A DNA stretch of 57,487 nucleotides from an uncultured Candidatus Saccharibacteria bacterium (GTDB lineage Bacteria; Patescibacteriota; Minisyncoccia; Spechtbacterales; HO2-43-30), in contig CAZDDE010000004.1 of assembly GCA_964504205.1 (NCBI GenBank), positions 1 to 57,487 on the forward strand. Reading direction: 5' to 3'. Within the stretch, counting starts at the first letter, position 1; each line of letters starts with the position of its first letter. The notes beneath the pieces are model-generated. The model saw only the letters and a program-made list of their open reading frames with translations, did no database searches and was not told the DNA's origin. The position numbers and the translations under genes were made by a program. Shown in pieces: positions 35,888 to 46,961 of this stretch.

Positions 35888-36550
35888 TCATTCAGTCTTC
35901 AAGTTAATACGGAGTTTCCCGTCCACATCAATTGGGCGTTCGCCGCCAATACGCAATGTCCCAATCGCGTTATCAGAGTCTATAGATCCATTCTTGGGAA
36001 TCTTCACTGTTATTCTTGTTTCCTCTTGAGCGCCTGGTTCGCCTACTTCTGTGCGGAATTTGTTACCATAAAAGTGCTGGGTTACCGATGATTCAGGCGC
36101 AATCACAACTCCTTGTGCATGCCGTATGTTTATGTTGTACTTACCATCCCCTAGGATTACTCCACGCGTGTTAACCTCCTTACTACCCTCAATCAATAAT
36201 ACTCCTTTTCTAACGTCGATATGGAGGTCAGGCGCTCCATCAGACGACCTTTCCACGGCTATCTCCGCATAGCGCTCCTCATGAGGCTCTACCTCAAGAC
36301 TGAAGTTTTCTACATTGAGAACCTTCAGTCCGCTAATACCGCTAATGTTATCAAGCACTAGAGGTCCGATACTATAGGCGGGCCCATCCACGCTCGCACG
36401 AATTTCTAGTCCTTCCGGGCCATTATTTGCTAACTCCCCGGTCTTAACATTGCAAAAACTTCCGTCCGGGAAGATAACTAGTGCCCCAGAAATCATACAT
36501 ACTCGCTTAGTGGAATATACGCTACAGCCATTGCTTGTTATTATGTGCAT
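35888..36550 (-). CDS. hypothetical protein (220 aa, beta-rich)
   Basis: ggaaggtg lies upstream of ATG 36550. No signal peptide and no recognisable family. Confidence 0.6.
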   Translation of the reverse strand: MHIITSNGCSVYSTKRVCMISGALVIFPDGSFCNVKTGELANNGPEGLEIRASVDGPAYSIGPLVLDNISGISGLKVLNVENFSLEVEPHEERYAEIAVERSSDGAPDLHIDVRKGVLLIEGSKEVNTRGVILGDGKYNINIRHAQGVVIAPESSVTQHFYGNKFRTEVGEPGAQEETRITVKIPKNGSIDSDNAIGTLRIGGERPIDVDGKLRINLKTE

Positions 36551-36601
36551 CAACTCACACCTTCCTTTCGCTCAGTTTACTTATATTATACATCAATAAA
36601 A

Positions 36602-36679
36602 CTATATGTCAAGATTTTGGACGCTTTTAACGTGCACTTGAATAAAACGCTTCCGCGGGGCGACTTCGGCGCCCATAAT
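36602..36679 (-). pseudogene. diverged duplicate of the gyrB 3' end (last 25 codons plus stop)
   Basis: Translates to [25 protein letters not shown], against [25 protein letters not shown] for the real gyrB end. 63/80 nt identical to 37254-37333. Confidence 0.75.
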
Positions 36680-36952
36680 TTAATAAGTCTTTGAAGTCCT
36701 ACGCTCAACATGAAATACATAAATAGTTTTTGTTCCGTCAATCAGCTCGTAGAAAATTCTGTAGGAACCCGCCCTCCGTCGCCAAACATTTTTCTCATTT
36801 TTCATTTTTTGGATATCGCCATAAAACGGATCAACTGACAGATCATCAAGTGTAGATAGAATACGCCCGCTATCTTTACGGGGTATTTTCTTAAGTTTCT
36901 TATAAATGTTCGAGTCAATTTGTAAAACCCAATTTTTGTTTAAGTTCGCCAA
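36680..36952 (-). CDS. RelE/ParE-family toxin
   Basis: C-terminal WRRRAGSYRIFYELIDGTKTIYVFHVERR pattern. Apparent TTG start overlapping the antitoxin end. Confidence 0.8.
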   Translation of the reverse strand: MANLNKNWVLQIDSNIYKKLKKIPRKDSGRILSTLDDLSVDPFYGDIQKMKNEKNVWRRRAGSYRIFYELIDGTKTIYVFHVERRTSKTY

Positions 36953-37151
36953 GGGTTAGGAAGTTACCTTTTGCCCTATTGAGCCGAGCTTTCTTCAAGA
37001 TTTCTTTCTGTGTTTTGGTGGGCTCAAACTCTTTCACTTTCTTCTTAGGGCTCCCGGGCATCCTAAGATTCTCGTATTCTCTGCGAGTTACAATGACCAA
37101 CTTTTCTCCTTTCGTGACGGTCTTTAGTATTGTTATATTTACATTTTGCAT
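36915..37151 (-). CDS. putative antitoxin (78 aa)
   Basis: Immediately upstream of and overlapping the toxin. C-terminal KGNFLTLGELKQKLG motif is like the other antitoxin in the window. Confidence 0.65.
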   Translation of the reverse strand: MQNVNITILKTVTKGEKLVIVTRREYENLRMPGSPKKKVKEFEPTKTQKEILKKARLNRAKGNFLTLGELKQKLGFTN

Positions 37152-37257
37152 ATTTCTATTGTACTTCTTGTTTAAAAAAAATCAACAACACGTGAGTGTT
37201 GCACTTCAGGGTTTAATGCGGGTTCGGTGTACTTCTTATATACTAGCATAAAACCAA

Positions 37258-39216
<1,959 letters not shown>

Positions 39217-39250
39217 TTAATTATACCTTTTTATAAAGGATTAGAGAACA

Positions 39251-39279
39251 TTGACAAAAATTCCAATATATTCTATAAT
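39251..39279 (+). promoter_or_regulatory. consensus sigma70 promoter ttgaca-17-tataat
   Basis: -35 at 39251-39256, -10 at 39274-39279, exact 17-nt spacer. Confidence 0.6.
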
Positions 39280-39314
39280 TGCAGCACACAGGAAGAAAGG
39301 TAGGAAGTGAAGGC

Positions 39315-39533
39315 ATGGAGGCTCTGTATTGGACGGCAGGTTTTATGGTTTATTTCGGAATCGGATTTGGGGTGCTCACTTTTCTCGGTGTTGTCCAGAA
39401 GTACTGCCCGACAAAAAAAGATGAGGAGGGCGGGAGCATTTTATTGTTTTTAATAAACTGGGCAATATGGCCCGTAGATGCCATATCAGTACTCACGCTG
39501 AGACTTCTTAACAAAATCTTTAGAAGGGGATAG
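39315..39533 (+). CDS. small membrane protein (72 aa)
   Basis: Start moved to ATG 39315, downstream of the promoter. Two hydrophobic helices. Confidence 0.55.
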   Translation: MEALYWTAGFMVYFGIGFGVLTFLGVVQKYCPTKKDEEGGSILLFLINWAIWPVDAISVLTLRLLNKIFRRG

Positions 39534-39555
39534 TTAGTCCCGTGATGTCGGATTG

Positions 39556-39586
39556 TAGGGGTTACTACGGTAACCCCTATTTCATT
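39556..39586 (+). terminator. intrinsic terminator
   Basis: taggggttac tacg gtaaccccta followed by tttcattt. Confidence 0.7.
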
Positions 39587-39605
39587 TATACTAAAATGAC
39601 GCTAG

Positions 39606-39857
39606 TTAATTATAAACGTCGTCGCGTTTTCTGATCTTTAAGACATAAATCTTATTTCCCTTAAGATCAAAGATAACCCTATAATCACCAACACGAAATC
39701 TAAATTCCCCCATCTCATAAAAAGTAAGTTTCTTGGCATATTCTAAGGGATTTTTGCTGGATTTATAAAAACGCATCTTTTCGGCAATGCGTTTTTGAAC
39801 GTTTTGCGGCAACCTTTTAAGATCTCTTATTGCCTTGGGAAGATAAATTATTTCCAT
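39606..39857 (-). CDS. RelE/ParE-family toxin
   Basis: EFRFRVGDYRVIFDLKGNKIYVLKIRKR pattern typical of the ParE/RelE fold. Confidence 0.82.
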   Translation of the reverse strand: MEIIYLPKAIRDLKRLPQNVQKRIAEKMRFYKSSKNPLEYAKKLTFYEMGEFRFRVGDYRVIFDLKGNKIYVLKIRKRDDVYN

Positions 39858-39858
39858 T

Positions 39859-40062
39859 CTATATCTCCAATTCTCTGAATAGTTGATCTTGTTTGATTCC
39901 CTTCCCCTTCCTTATATCATCTCTAGCTTCGCTAATGTCGTTTGCATGTTCTGCAAAACGCAAGAAATACCCGAATTTTTTCTCGAGTCCTTTGAGTCTT
40001 TGATACTCGCTCCTCGTAATTTCTAAGGTATCCGTATGGATTTTTGAAAGTGTTGGGTTCAT
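39859..40062 (-). CDS. putative antitoxin (67 aa)
   Basis: Directly upstream of the toxin with a 1-nt gap. DDIRKGKGIKQDQLFRELEI C-terminus. Confidence 0.65.
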   Translation of the reverse strand: MNPTLSKIHTDTLEITRSEYQRLKGLEKKFGYFLRFAEHANDISEARDDIRKGKGIKQDQLFRELEI

Positions 40063-40104
40063 ATTTCTTATTATAGTGCTGTAAAAAGTTAAGTCAAGGT
40101 ATGC

Positions 40105-42180
40105 CTACCGCACTTCCCACAACTTTTCTTCTAATGCTTTCGTGATTTTTGACATTATTTCATCCACTTCTTGCGCGGTTAGAGTTCGTTCGTCAGATTG
40201 AAAGAGGAGATGAAAAGCTAAATTTTTCCTGCCTTCCGGCAGATTTTCGCCTTCGTATATATCAAATAGATCAGTATCGCGGAGCAAAGGGCCGCCGACG
40301 GTTTCAATAACATTTAATACTTCCTCCACCATCACTTCGCGCGGAACAAGTAAAGCAATATCGCGCACAACTTCAGGATATTTAGACGGCGTTTGATAAA
40401 TTTGCTCCTCCTCGGCGGCGGCTTGAATTTTTTCGAAATAAAGTTCGGCTTTATAGACTCTGCCCCCTATGCCCAATTTCGCGCAATCGTAAGGATGGCT
40501 TTCTCCCAAAATTCCCACCTTCTCATCGCCTAAAACAACGCACGCTCTTTTCCCCGGATGGAGCTGTCCAATTGTATTTTTTTCTTGATCCTCAAAAGAC
40601 TTTGTATCGTAATGAAAATCAGTTATTCCAAGTCTTCTCAGCAATTCATCGACATATCCTTTTAACAGATAAAATCCGCCAGACTCACTTTTGCCGGATT
40701 TATCATATATTGCCAAGGCGCATCTTTCTTCTTCCACGACCTCGCCATTAATTTCAGACATCCTAAAAATTTTACCGAATTCGAAAATTTGTACTGTCTC
40801 AAAAAACTTCTGGTTTGTTGAAATACTTTTCAACATGCCGTAAGTAAGGCTTCCGCGCAAGTACTTGAACTCCTCGCTTATGGGATTTAGTAATTCAATT
40901 AGCTGTGTAAATGACACGAGGGAATAATTATAAACTTCAGAAAAGCCGAAACCAACTAAAATTTGTCGCGCCATATTTCGCCAAAAGACTTGCTCGTTGC
41001 GACGCGGGGCGACAAGGATGCCTCGCGGCGGCTCGGCACTTATGTTTTCATATCCATAGACTCGGCCGATTTCTTCTACTAAATCTTCGGGAATATTGAT
41101 GTCAAGACGATAGGTCGGTATGGTAATCCGTAATACGTAATCCGTAATCCGTAACTTGTTCTCTTCTTCTACAGTAAAATTTAACCTTTCCAGAATTTGC
41201 TTCATCTCCCGCATTGATAAATATGTCCCAAGCAATTTATTGACATAATTAACATCAAGACTGATTTTCTTAGGCTTAATAAGTTCAGGATAAATATCTA
41301 TTTTTTGCACTATCTTCGCCTCGGGATTTGTTTCGCTAAGTATCTCAATTGTCCGCTCCAGAGCTTGCGGCGGCAAATTTGGGTCAAAGCCGTGCATATA
41401 GCGCACTGCGGCATCTGTTCTTATGCCTAGTTTTTGCGAAGTTCCGCGAATACGCGCCGGATCAAAAATCGCCGCCTGAAAAATAACTCTCTTTGTATTC
41501 TCATCAATCTGTGAATTGGCGCCGCCCTTGATTCCGGCAAGATCAATAATTCTTTCGCCATCTTCAATGACCACTGCGTCGTCACCCAAATCATGCGTCG
41601 CGCCATCAAGTGTTTCTAATTTTTCGCCCCCTTTAGACAATCTAGTGTTCATCTTTCTGTCTTTTATCTTATCCAAGTCAAAAGCATGTAGCGGCTGGCC
41701 CAACTCCCACATCACATAATTCGTAATGTCCACGACATTGTTAATCGTTTTCTGCTCCATCGCCGCAAGTCTTTCTTTGATCCAGTCAGGCGATTCAGTA
41801 ATTTTTACACCCTCCATAACATAGGCGCTATATCGAGGACATAAAGATTCATCCTGAATTGTTACAGAAAGTAATTTTAAGTTTTGAGTTTTGAGTTTTG
41901 AGTTTTGTTTGGAACTTGCCTGCCCGCCGAAGCCTTGGCGCAGGCGGGTTGGTTGTAATTTGTAATTTAGCAATGCCGCGCATTCTCTAGCCACCCCCAA
42001 ATGACTTAAACAGTCGCTTGCCCTGTTGGGGAGTATATCAATATCCAAAATGTAATCGTCGCCTCTCTTGATAACTTCTTCAACTTCAAAACTGTGCATC
42101 GTTAAAAGCTCGGCCAACTCCTCTGGCTTAGGAAATTCTTTGTCGAAAAACGATTGTAGCCAATTGTAGGAAAATTTCAT
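40105..42180 (-). CDS. pheT: phenylalanyl-tRNA synthetase beta subunit (no N-terminal OB/tRNA-binding domain)
   Basis: MKFSYNWL start, B3/4 domain NNVVDITNYVMWELGQPLHAFD, B5 and a C-terminal FDX-ACB domain. Confidence 0.94.
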   Translation of the reverse strand: MKFSYNWLQSFFDKEFPKPEELAELLTMHSFEVEEVIKRGDDYILDIDILPNRASDCLSHLGVARECAALLNYKLQPTRLRQGFGGQASSKQNSKLKTQNLKLLSVTIQDESLCPRYSAYVMEGVKITESPDWIKERLAAMEQKTINNVVDITNYVMWELGQPLHAFDLDKIKDRKMNTRLSKGGEKLETLDGATHDLGDDAVVIEDGERIIDLAGIKGGANSQIDENTKRVIFQAAIFDPARIRGTSQKLGIRTDAAVRYMHGFDPNLPPQALERTIEILSETNPEAKIVQKIDIYPELIKPKKISLDVNYVNKLLGTYLSMREMKQILERLNFTVEEENKLRITDYVLRITIPTYRLDINIPEDLVEEIGRVYGYENISAEPPRGILVAPRRNEQVFWRNMARQILVGFGFSEVYNYSLVSFTQLIELLNPISEEFKYLRGSLTYGMLKSISTNQKFFETVQIFEFGKIFRMSEINGEVVEEERCALAIYDKSGKSESGGFYLLKGYVDELLRRLGITDFHYDTKSFEDQEKNTIGQLHPGKRACVVLGDEKVGILGESHPYDCAKLGIGGRVYKAELYFEKIQAAAEEEQIYQTPSKYPEVVRDIALLVPREVMVEEVLNVIETVGGPLLRDTDLFDIYEGENLPEGRKNLAFHLLFQSDERTLTAQEVDEIMSKITKALEEKLWEVR
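41123..41157. repeat. tandem heptamer (gtaatcc) x4.7 inside pheT
   Basis: Read directly. Encodes LRITDYVLRITI. Confidence 0.9.
41874..41967. repeat. in-frame insertion-like element in pheT (heptamers + 26-nt core shared with dnaE + heptamers)
   Basis: gttttga x4 (41881-41908), core cttgcctgcccgccgaagccttggcg (41915-41940), tgtaatt x2 (41954-41967). Confidence 0.85.
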
Positions 42181-42189
42181 AAATCTTGT

Positions 42190-43158
42190 CTAGAATTGTT
42201 TCAAAAACCTCAAATCCCCTCCATAAAACAATCTAATATCATCTATCCTATATTTCATCATCGCGATTCTGTCTAAGCCGATGCCAAAAGCAAAGCCGGT
42301 CCAATCCGATGGATTGTATCCTGCGGCTTTAAAAACATTGGGGTGCACCATGCCAGCGCCCAGCATTTCCATCCAGCCGTAAGGACCATACAGATCGACC
42401 TCGAAACCCGGCTCCACGAACGGAAAATAGCTCGGACGCAATCTTATTCTCACCTTTTCTCCGAAAAGCCCTTTCAAAAATTCATCGATAACCGTCTTAA
42501 AATTTGCTACGCTTATTTCTTTATCCACCATTAAGCCCTCCAGTTGATAAAACTGAATATCATGCGAGGAATCTGACGCCTCGTGTCTAAACACTCTTCC
42601 CGGTGCAATAATCCTAAATGGCGGCTGATTCTTTTCCATGTAGCGCACTTGCACAGGGCTTGTATGGGTTCGTAGAAGCAGTTTTTCAGATTTTAACCAG
42701 AACGTATCCCACATATCCCGCGCCGGATGATCTTTTGGTATGTTTAAAGCATCAAAGTTATACCACTCGGTTTCAACCTCCGGCCCTTCAACAATTTCAA
42801 AGCCAAGGGATGTAAAAATCTCGTTGACTTTATTTTGAATCAAAGTCAAAGGATGCAAATGTCCTCGCTCGGCTTTTTTTCCCGGTGCGCTCACATCCAG
42901 CCATTCTGCCGCAAGGCCTTCTTCTTGCGCCTTGTGTTTTAATATCTCGGCGCGCTTGGTTACTTCGGACTCTACTGTCTTTTTTAACGCTTGAAGCTCC
43001 GGCGCTTTTTGCTTACGTTCGTTTTCTGGAAGTTTGCTCAACTCACGCAGAGCAAAAGTAACCTCGCCCTTTTTGCCCAAGTACTTACGATAGATACGAT
43101 CCAATTCTTTTAAATCACGGGCGAGTTCTATTTCATTTTTTATTGTTTCGTTTTCCAT
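42190..43158 (-). CDS. pheS: phenylalanyl-tRNA synthetase alpha subunit
   Basis: Class II motifs (HPARDMWDTF, FRIIAPGRVFRHE, GFAFGIGLDRIAM). Start set to ATG 43158 (MENETIK). Confidence 0.94.
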   Translation of the reverse strand: MENETIKNEIELARDLKELDRIYRKYLGKKGEVTFALRELSKLPENERKQKAPELQALKKTVESEVTKRAEILKHKAQEEGLAAEWLDVSAPGKKAERGHLHPLTLIQNKVNEIFTSLGFEIVEGPEVETEWYNFDALNIPKDHPARDMWDTFWLKSEKLLLRTHTSPVQVRYMEKNQPPFRIIAPGRVFRHEASDSSHDIQFYQLEGLMVDKEISVANFKTVIDEFLKGLFGEKVRIRLRPSYFPFVEPGFEVDLYGPYGWMEMLGAGMVHPNVFKAAGYNPSDWTGFAFGIGLDRIAMMKYRIDDIRLFYGGDLRFLKQF

Positions 43159-43510
43159 ATCGCATGCTTCGCGCAATCGCCAGCATTTCCAAAGCCACGG
43201 CCAGCATAAATACCGCAAACGCATTTCCTATATTTAATATCGCTCCGGCCTCAAGCGCAACTAATGTTACAGCGAGCAGTGCAAGAAGAAGGCCTTTTCT
43301 TAAAGCTGAACCAAGAGCGATCGGCTTTCCGATCAGCCTTGATCCGAAGACCCCGCAGAATGTAAACAACCCGCTCGCCGTAAAAAATAGGGTTATAAAA
43401 AACAAAATTTTAATCAAACCACCGCTAGTATATGGATCCGCGCCCCATAGAATTCCACTAAAAGCAATTAAGGAAAATAAAGTAAAAACTAATAGTAGGG
43501 CACTGTTCAT
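43133..43510 (-). CDS. hypothetical membrane protein (125 aa)
   Basis: Four hydrophobic segments. Overlaps the pheS start by 26 nt. Confidence 0.6.
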   Translation of the reverse strand: MNSALLLVFTLFSLIAFSGILWGADPYTSGGLIKILFFITLFFTASGLFTFCGVFGSRLIGKPIALGSALRKGLLLALLAVTLVALEAGAILNIGNAFAVFMLAVALEMLAIARSMRYGKRNNKK

Positions 43511-43585
43511 TATCTCTATTATAAACCCTTAAAACTCCGAAAACAAGCGTGGCGAAATCTTCACAAAAAAAAACGGCAGTTTGTC

Positions 43586-44698
43586 TTAGCCGTCTTTAAA
43601 TAATTCTCTGTAGAGGTTGTGCCCATAACGGGCAAACTTATCAAAACATGCTGTAAACCATAGATTCATTGCTATGCCGGCGCGGTCGGATTCGTCAATG
43701 TCTTTGCGATTTTCTATCCCGCCGGTTCGCCAGACATGAAACTCGTGCGCGGGTGGACCAGCCCGATGATATTCCACAGCGCTTGCGGCAAGAGCTAAAG
43801 ACCTTTCTTTAAGCGGCGCTCCACTTACCCCTCCGCCAAACTCTTTAGTGAAAAAATCATAAAGCCTTCTTTCTTTGGGATGAATCTTTGCGCGCATGTC
43901 TCCGTAGTCGGTTGACGTATTCCCGAAATTAACGCCATCAAAACCAAATTCAAATAAGAGGTCAAGGAGCGGCGGCACCTGCTCAATTTCGGTGTCATTG
44001 GAAAACTTGACGATAACCGGCAGGCGCCTTGAACGCTCGTCTAAAAAGTGCTCCTTGACATAACGCAGTCGGTTTACCAGATCGTCATCCTGCGGCCTTC
44101 CATGCGCGGTATTCGGACAACTCTCGTTGATTTCCAAAAAATCGACTCTTTTCCCATACAACCGCATTCCCCGCACAAGACATTTTAATTTTCCTTCTCC
44201 TTCTAAGTCAGGAGAGCCCATAACGCTCCAGCCAAGAGGACAACCATTTATTTGCTTCAGCCACAGGATTCTCTCCGAGTTTGCCTCATCTCCATCATTA
44301 GGAAGGCCGAGCCAGTTTGAAGCGGCATGTGATCTTGGATATGGAGCGAATGGCAAAGAGATGCCGTGCTTTTCATTGCCCCTTCGCGCATTCCATGTTC
44401 CTGTGCCGCCAAGATACGCTCCAGCGCCTTGCGCTACTGCTAGGAGGTAACACTCGCCATTCTTAAACATACCGGCCGCGTTCATCAGCGGCAAACGAAA
44501 CTTGATGCCCCACAAAGTCCTGCTTAAATTTTCAGGCGGGAAATATGCTTCAACCCTCTTAATCTCCTCTTCCATGTTTAGAAGATCTAAAAAATCAAGG
44601 CGACTTTGGGAATACAATGAAACAACCCATTTTGCGGGTAATTTTGTTATTAAAGGACGCAATCTATAATCCAGTCGCGCTAAAGTTGCTAGTCTCAT
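43586..44698 (-). CDS. dihydroorotate dehydrogenase-like TIM-barrel flavoprotein (PyrD family)
   Basis: MNAAGMFKNGE, LGLPNDG, EINESCPNT (Cys-type active site), VIVKFS, GGVSGAPL, TGGI. Start set to ATG 44698 after aggagg. Confidence 0.8.
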   Translation of the reverse strand: MRLATLARLDYRLRPLITKLPAKWVVSLYSQSRLDFLDLLNMEEEIKRVEAYFPPENLSRTLWGIKFRLPLMNAAGMFKNGECYLLAVAQGAGAYLGGTGTWNARRGNEKHGISLPFAPYPRSHAASNWLGLPNDGDEANSERILWLKQINGCPLGWSVMGSPDLEGEGKLKCLVRGMRLYGKRVDFLEINESCPNTAHGRPQDDDLVNRLRYVKEHFLDERSRRLPVIVKFSNDTEIEQVPPLLDLLFEFGFDGVNFGNTSTDYGDMRAKIHPKERRLYDFFTKEFGGGVSGAPLKERSLALAASAVEYHRAGPPAHEFHVWRTGGIENRKDIDESDRAGIAMNLWFTACFDKFARYGHNLYRELFKDG

Positions 44699-44757
44699 AT
44701 AACTCCTCCTGCTATTCAGCAAACCAAGCTTAGCAAAAAAAACACGCTTTATACAAG

Positions 44758-46290
44758 TTATTCTGCCGGCACTTCTTTTATCTTTTTCTCGCTGGCTATT
44801 GGCAGACGGATAAAAAATGTTGATCCTTCTCCCTTTTTGCTCTCCGCCCAAATTTTGCCGCCCATGCGTTCAATAAGCTGTTTTGTAATCCAAAGCCCAA
44901 GGCCGGTACCCTCTATGTTCCTGTGCTCCGGCGCGCGCCAAAATTTTCCAAAAAGATGCTCCACATCTTCTTCACTAATCCCAACGCCTGTGTCTTTGAC
45001 GCTTGCTTCTAAAAAATCTGCCTCTTGCCGCACATTCACCTCCACACTTCCGTGCGCCTTATTGTATTTAATCGCGTTAGAAAGGAGGTTGGAAAAAACT
45101 TCTTTCAGCCGTTCGCTATCGCTCATAGCAAATGGCATTTTTTTGCTCTGATCATATTCAAAAGAAATGGCAATATCCTGTTTTTCCGCTTCTGGCTTAA
45201 ACTGAAGAGCTACATCCTGGACAATAGCAACAAGATCCGTGGGATGCACCAAAACTTTTACTGTGCCGCTTTCCAAACGAGCCACATTTAAGAGATCGGA
45301 TACCAATTTAGCTAAAGAGTCCGAAGCTTTCTTAATCACACTCATAAGATCATGTATCTCCGGAGGGACTTTCTCCTGTACGTCTTTACTAGCAAAGAAC
45401 TCTGCCATACTCCAGCGAAGATGCGTGATCGGCGCTTTGAGCTCATGCGCGGCGATAAAGACGAATTCATCTTTCAAACGCGCTAGCTCCTTGGCTTGAG
45501 CAATCTGACGTTGCGTTGACTGCTCTAAATCAAAAGTTCGTTCACGAACTCGTTGCTCCAAGTTGCGAGTATAACTTGCAAGCTCTCCGGCTTGACGGCG
45601 AATCGTGCGCGAAGCCCGCCAGACAATCACAAAGAGAACGCTATACAGAAAGAGCAGGCCGCCAATTATACGCACTGCCATAGCCGCTTGGGTATCTTCG
45701 ATTTGCTTGCGCAGTAAACCAACGCGCGCAACAATATATGCCACTCCGGACACTTCGCCGGAGGTTCCAAAAGTTATTGGCACTACTTGAATAAAAGCCT
45801 CACCCACTCCCAGCTCCTGCTGTTCTTTTGGAGTAACTTTTTGGAAACGCGCCGTTGCCTGACGTCGTTCCAAAGCAAATTTAAAATCCGCGTTTTCGGC
45901 AAATGTCCTGCCGATATACTCGGCAGGACGAGCGTATATTATTAGTCCAGAGCTGTCAACAACAAAAAACTGGATTAGTCCGCTGATATTTGTGTTTTTA
46001 ATAAAAGCATCCAGCCGCGCCGCTTGAATAGCGGTTAAGGGAAGTTGAAAATCTTGCGCTGTTAGAAGCTGGCCGGCCTGGCTGTTGATCGCGACAACTG
46101 TGCCTGCCTCTTCTTTGCGCAGGATAAACCCCTCCAACGCCGGCCTAACTGCGCTTAGAACCGTGTAGCCAATAACCGCAAAGGCGACGAAACTTAAAAC
46201 AGAAAATTCGAGTAATAGAAGATTGCGCGCAGGTTTTGCCTCGTCATTCTTTTCTAACCTATTTTTTCTAACAATATCTTCTCTTTTCAT
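44758..46290 (-). CDS. sensor histidine kinase (510 aa)
   Basis: Two TM segments flank a periplasm-like domain. H-box FIAAHELKAPITHL, N-box SNAIKYN, G-boxes DTGVGI/GTGLGL. Confidence 0.9.
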   Translation of the reverse strand: MKREDIVRKNRLEKNDEAKPARNLLLLEFSVLSFVAFAVIGYTVLSAVRPALEGFILRKEEAGTVVAINSQAGQLLTAQDFQLPLTAIQAARLDAFIKNTNISGLIQFFVVDSSGLIIYARPAEYIGRTFAENADFKFALERRQATARFQKVTPKEQQELGVGEAFIQVVPITFGTSGEVSGVAYIVARVGLLRKQIEDTQAAMAVRIIGGLLFLYSVLFVIVWRASRTIRRQAGELASYTRNLEQRVRERTFDLEQSTQRQIAQAKELARLKDEFVFIAAHELKAPITHLRWSMAEFFASKDVQEKVPPEIHDLMSVIKKASDSLAKLVSDLLNVARLESGTVKVLVHPTDLVAIVQDVALQFKPEAEKQDIAISFEYDQSKKMPFAMSDSERLKEVFSNLLSNAIKYNKAHGSVEVNVRQEADFLEASVKDTGVGISEEDVEHLFGKFWRAPEHRNIEGTGLGLWITKQLIERMGGKIWAESKKGEGSTFFIRLPIASEKKIKEVPAE

Positions 46291-46898
46291 TGCGAAGGCA
46301 AGACCCTAATTACGCCAGTAAGCGTGGCTATGCCGGCAACCACTGCGAGCGTATGGTCGTGATAGCCATAAACTCCCGGACTATTAAACGTGAACGAAAA
46401 GCTCTCGCCGGGCAAAAGATCAGCAAGCGGATCAAAGCCCGAAAGACCAGTATGTGTGGGGTGAGGATCAGAAGCTGGCCAATGCAGACGCGTATCATTA
46501 TTCACCCACTTTACCGTATCGCCGGCAATTATCACAAGAGTCCTCGCATTAAAACCATCGCGATCCATGGAGATGATATGAGTTTCTTGGCCTCTTTCGT
46601 TTGACGGAGGTGGTTCTGGATTTTGAATCGGAGCTGGCCGGACCTCTCCTTTCGGCTGAATTCTTGGCGCGGGAATAAAAGAAGTTTCCTGCTCGACGGT
46701 CTCCTCTTCTATCTTTTCCATCTCGTCTATGATCGCTTTCTCTATGCCGCTGTCGGAAAGAGATGGCAAAATGCTTCGCGGTACCGATTTTTCCGCGCCC
46801 CAAAAAATAATTTTTTCTGCGGTTAAAATGTAGAACACTGCTCCAAACGCGATGATTATAACAACGCTTATTGGAAAATAAGAAAAGACTTTACTCAT
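46287..46898 (-). CDS. membrane-anchored cupredoxin-like protein
   Basis: N-terminal TM. IAGDTVKWVNNDTRLHWP...GVYGYHDH resembles a plastocyanin/cupredoxin-like fold. 4-nt overlap with the kinase start. Confidence 0.7.
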   Translation of the reverse strand: MSKVFSYFPISVVIIIAFGAVFYILTAEKIIFWGAEKSVPRSILPSLSDSGIEKAIIDEMEKIEEETVEQETSFIPAPRIQPKGEVRPAPIQNPEPPPSNERGQETHIISMDRDGFNARTLVIIAGDTVKWVNNDTRLHWPASDPHPTHTGLSGFDPLADLLPGESFSFTFNSPGVYGYHDHTLAVVAGIATLTGVIRVLPSQ

Positions 46899-46961
46899 GG
46901 TTCAACCGGCTCGCCACAAGATGGTCTGATGTGGCTCATCCTATTGTCATTATAACACTTT

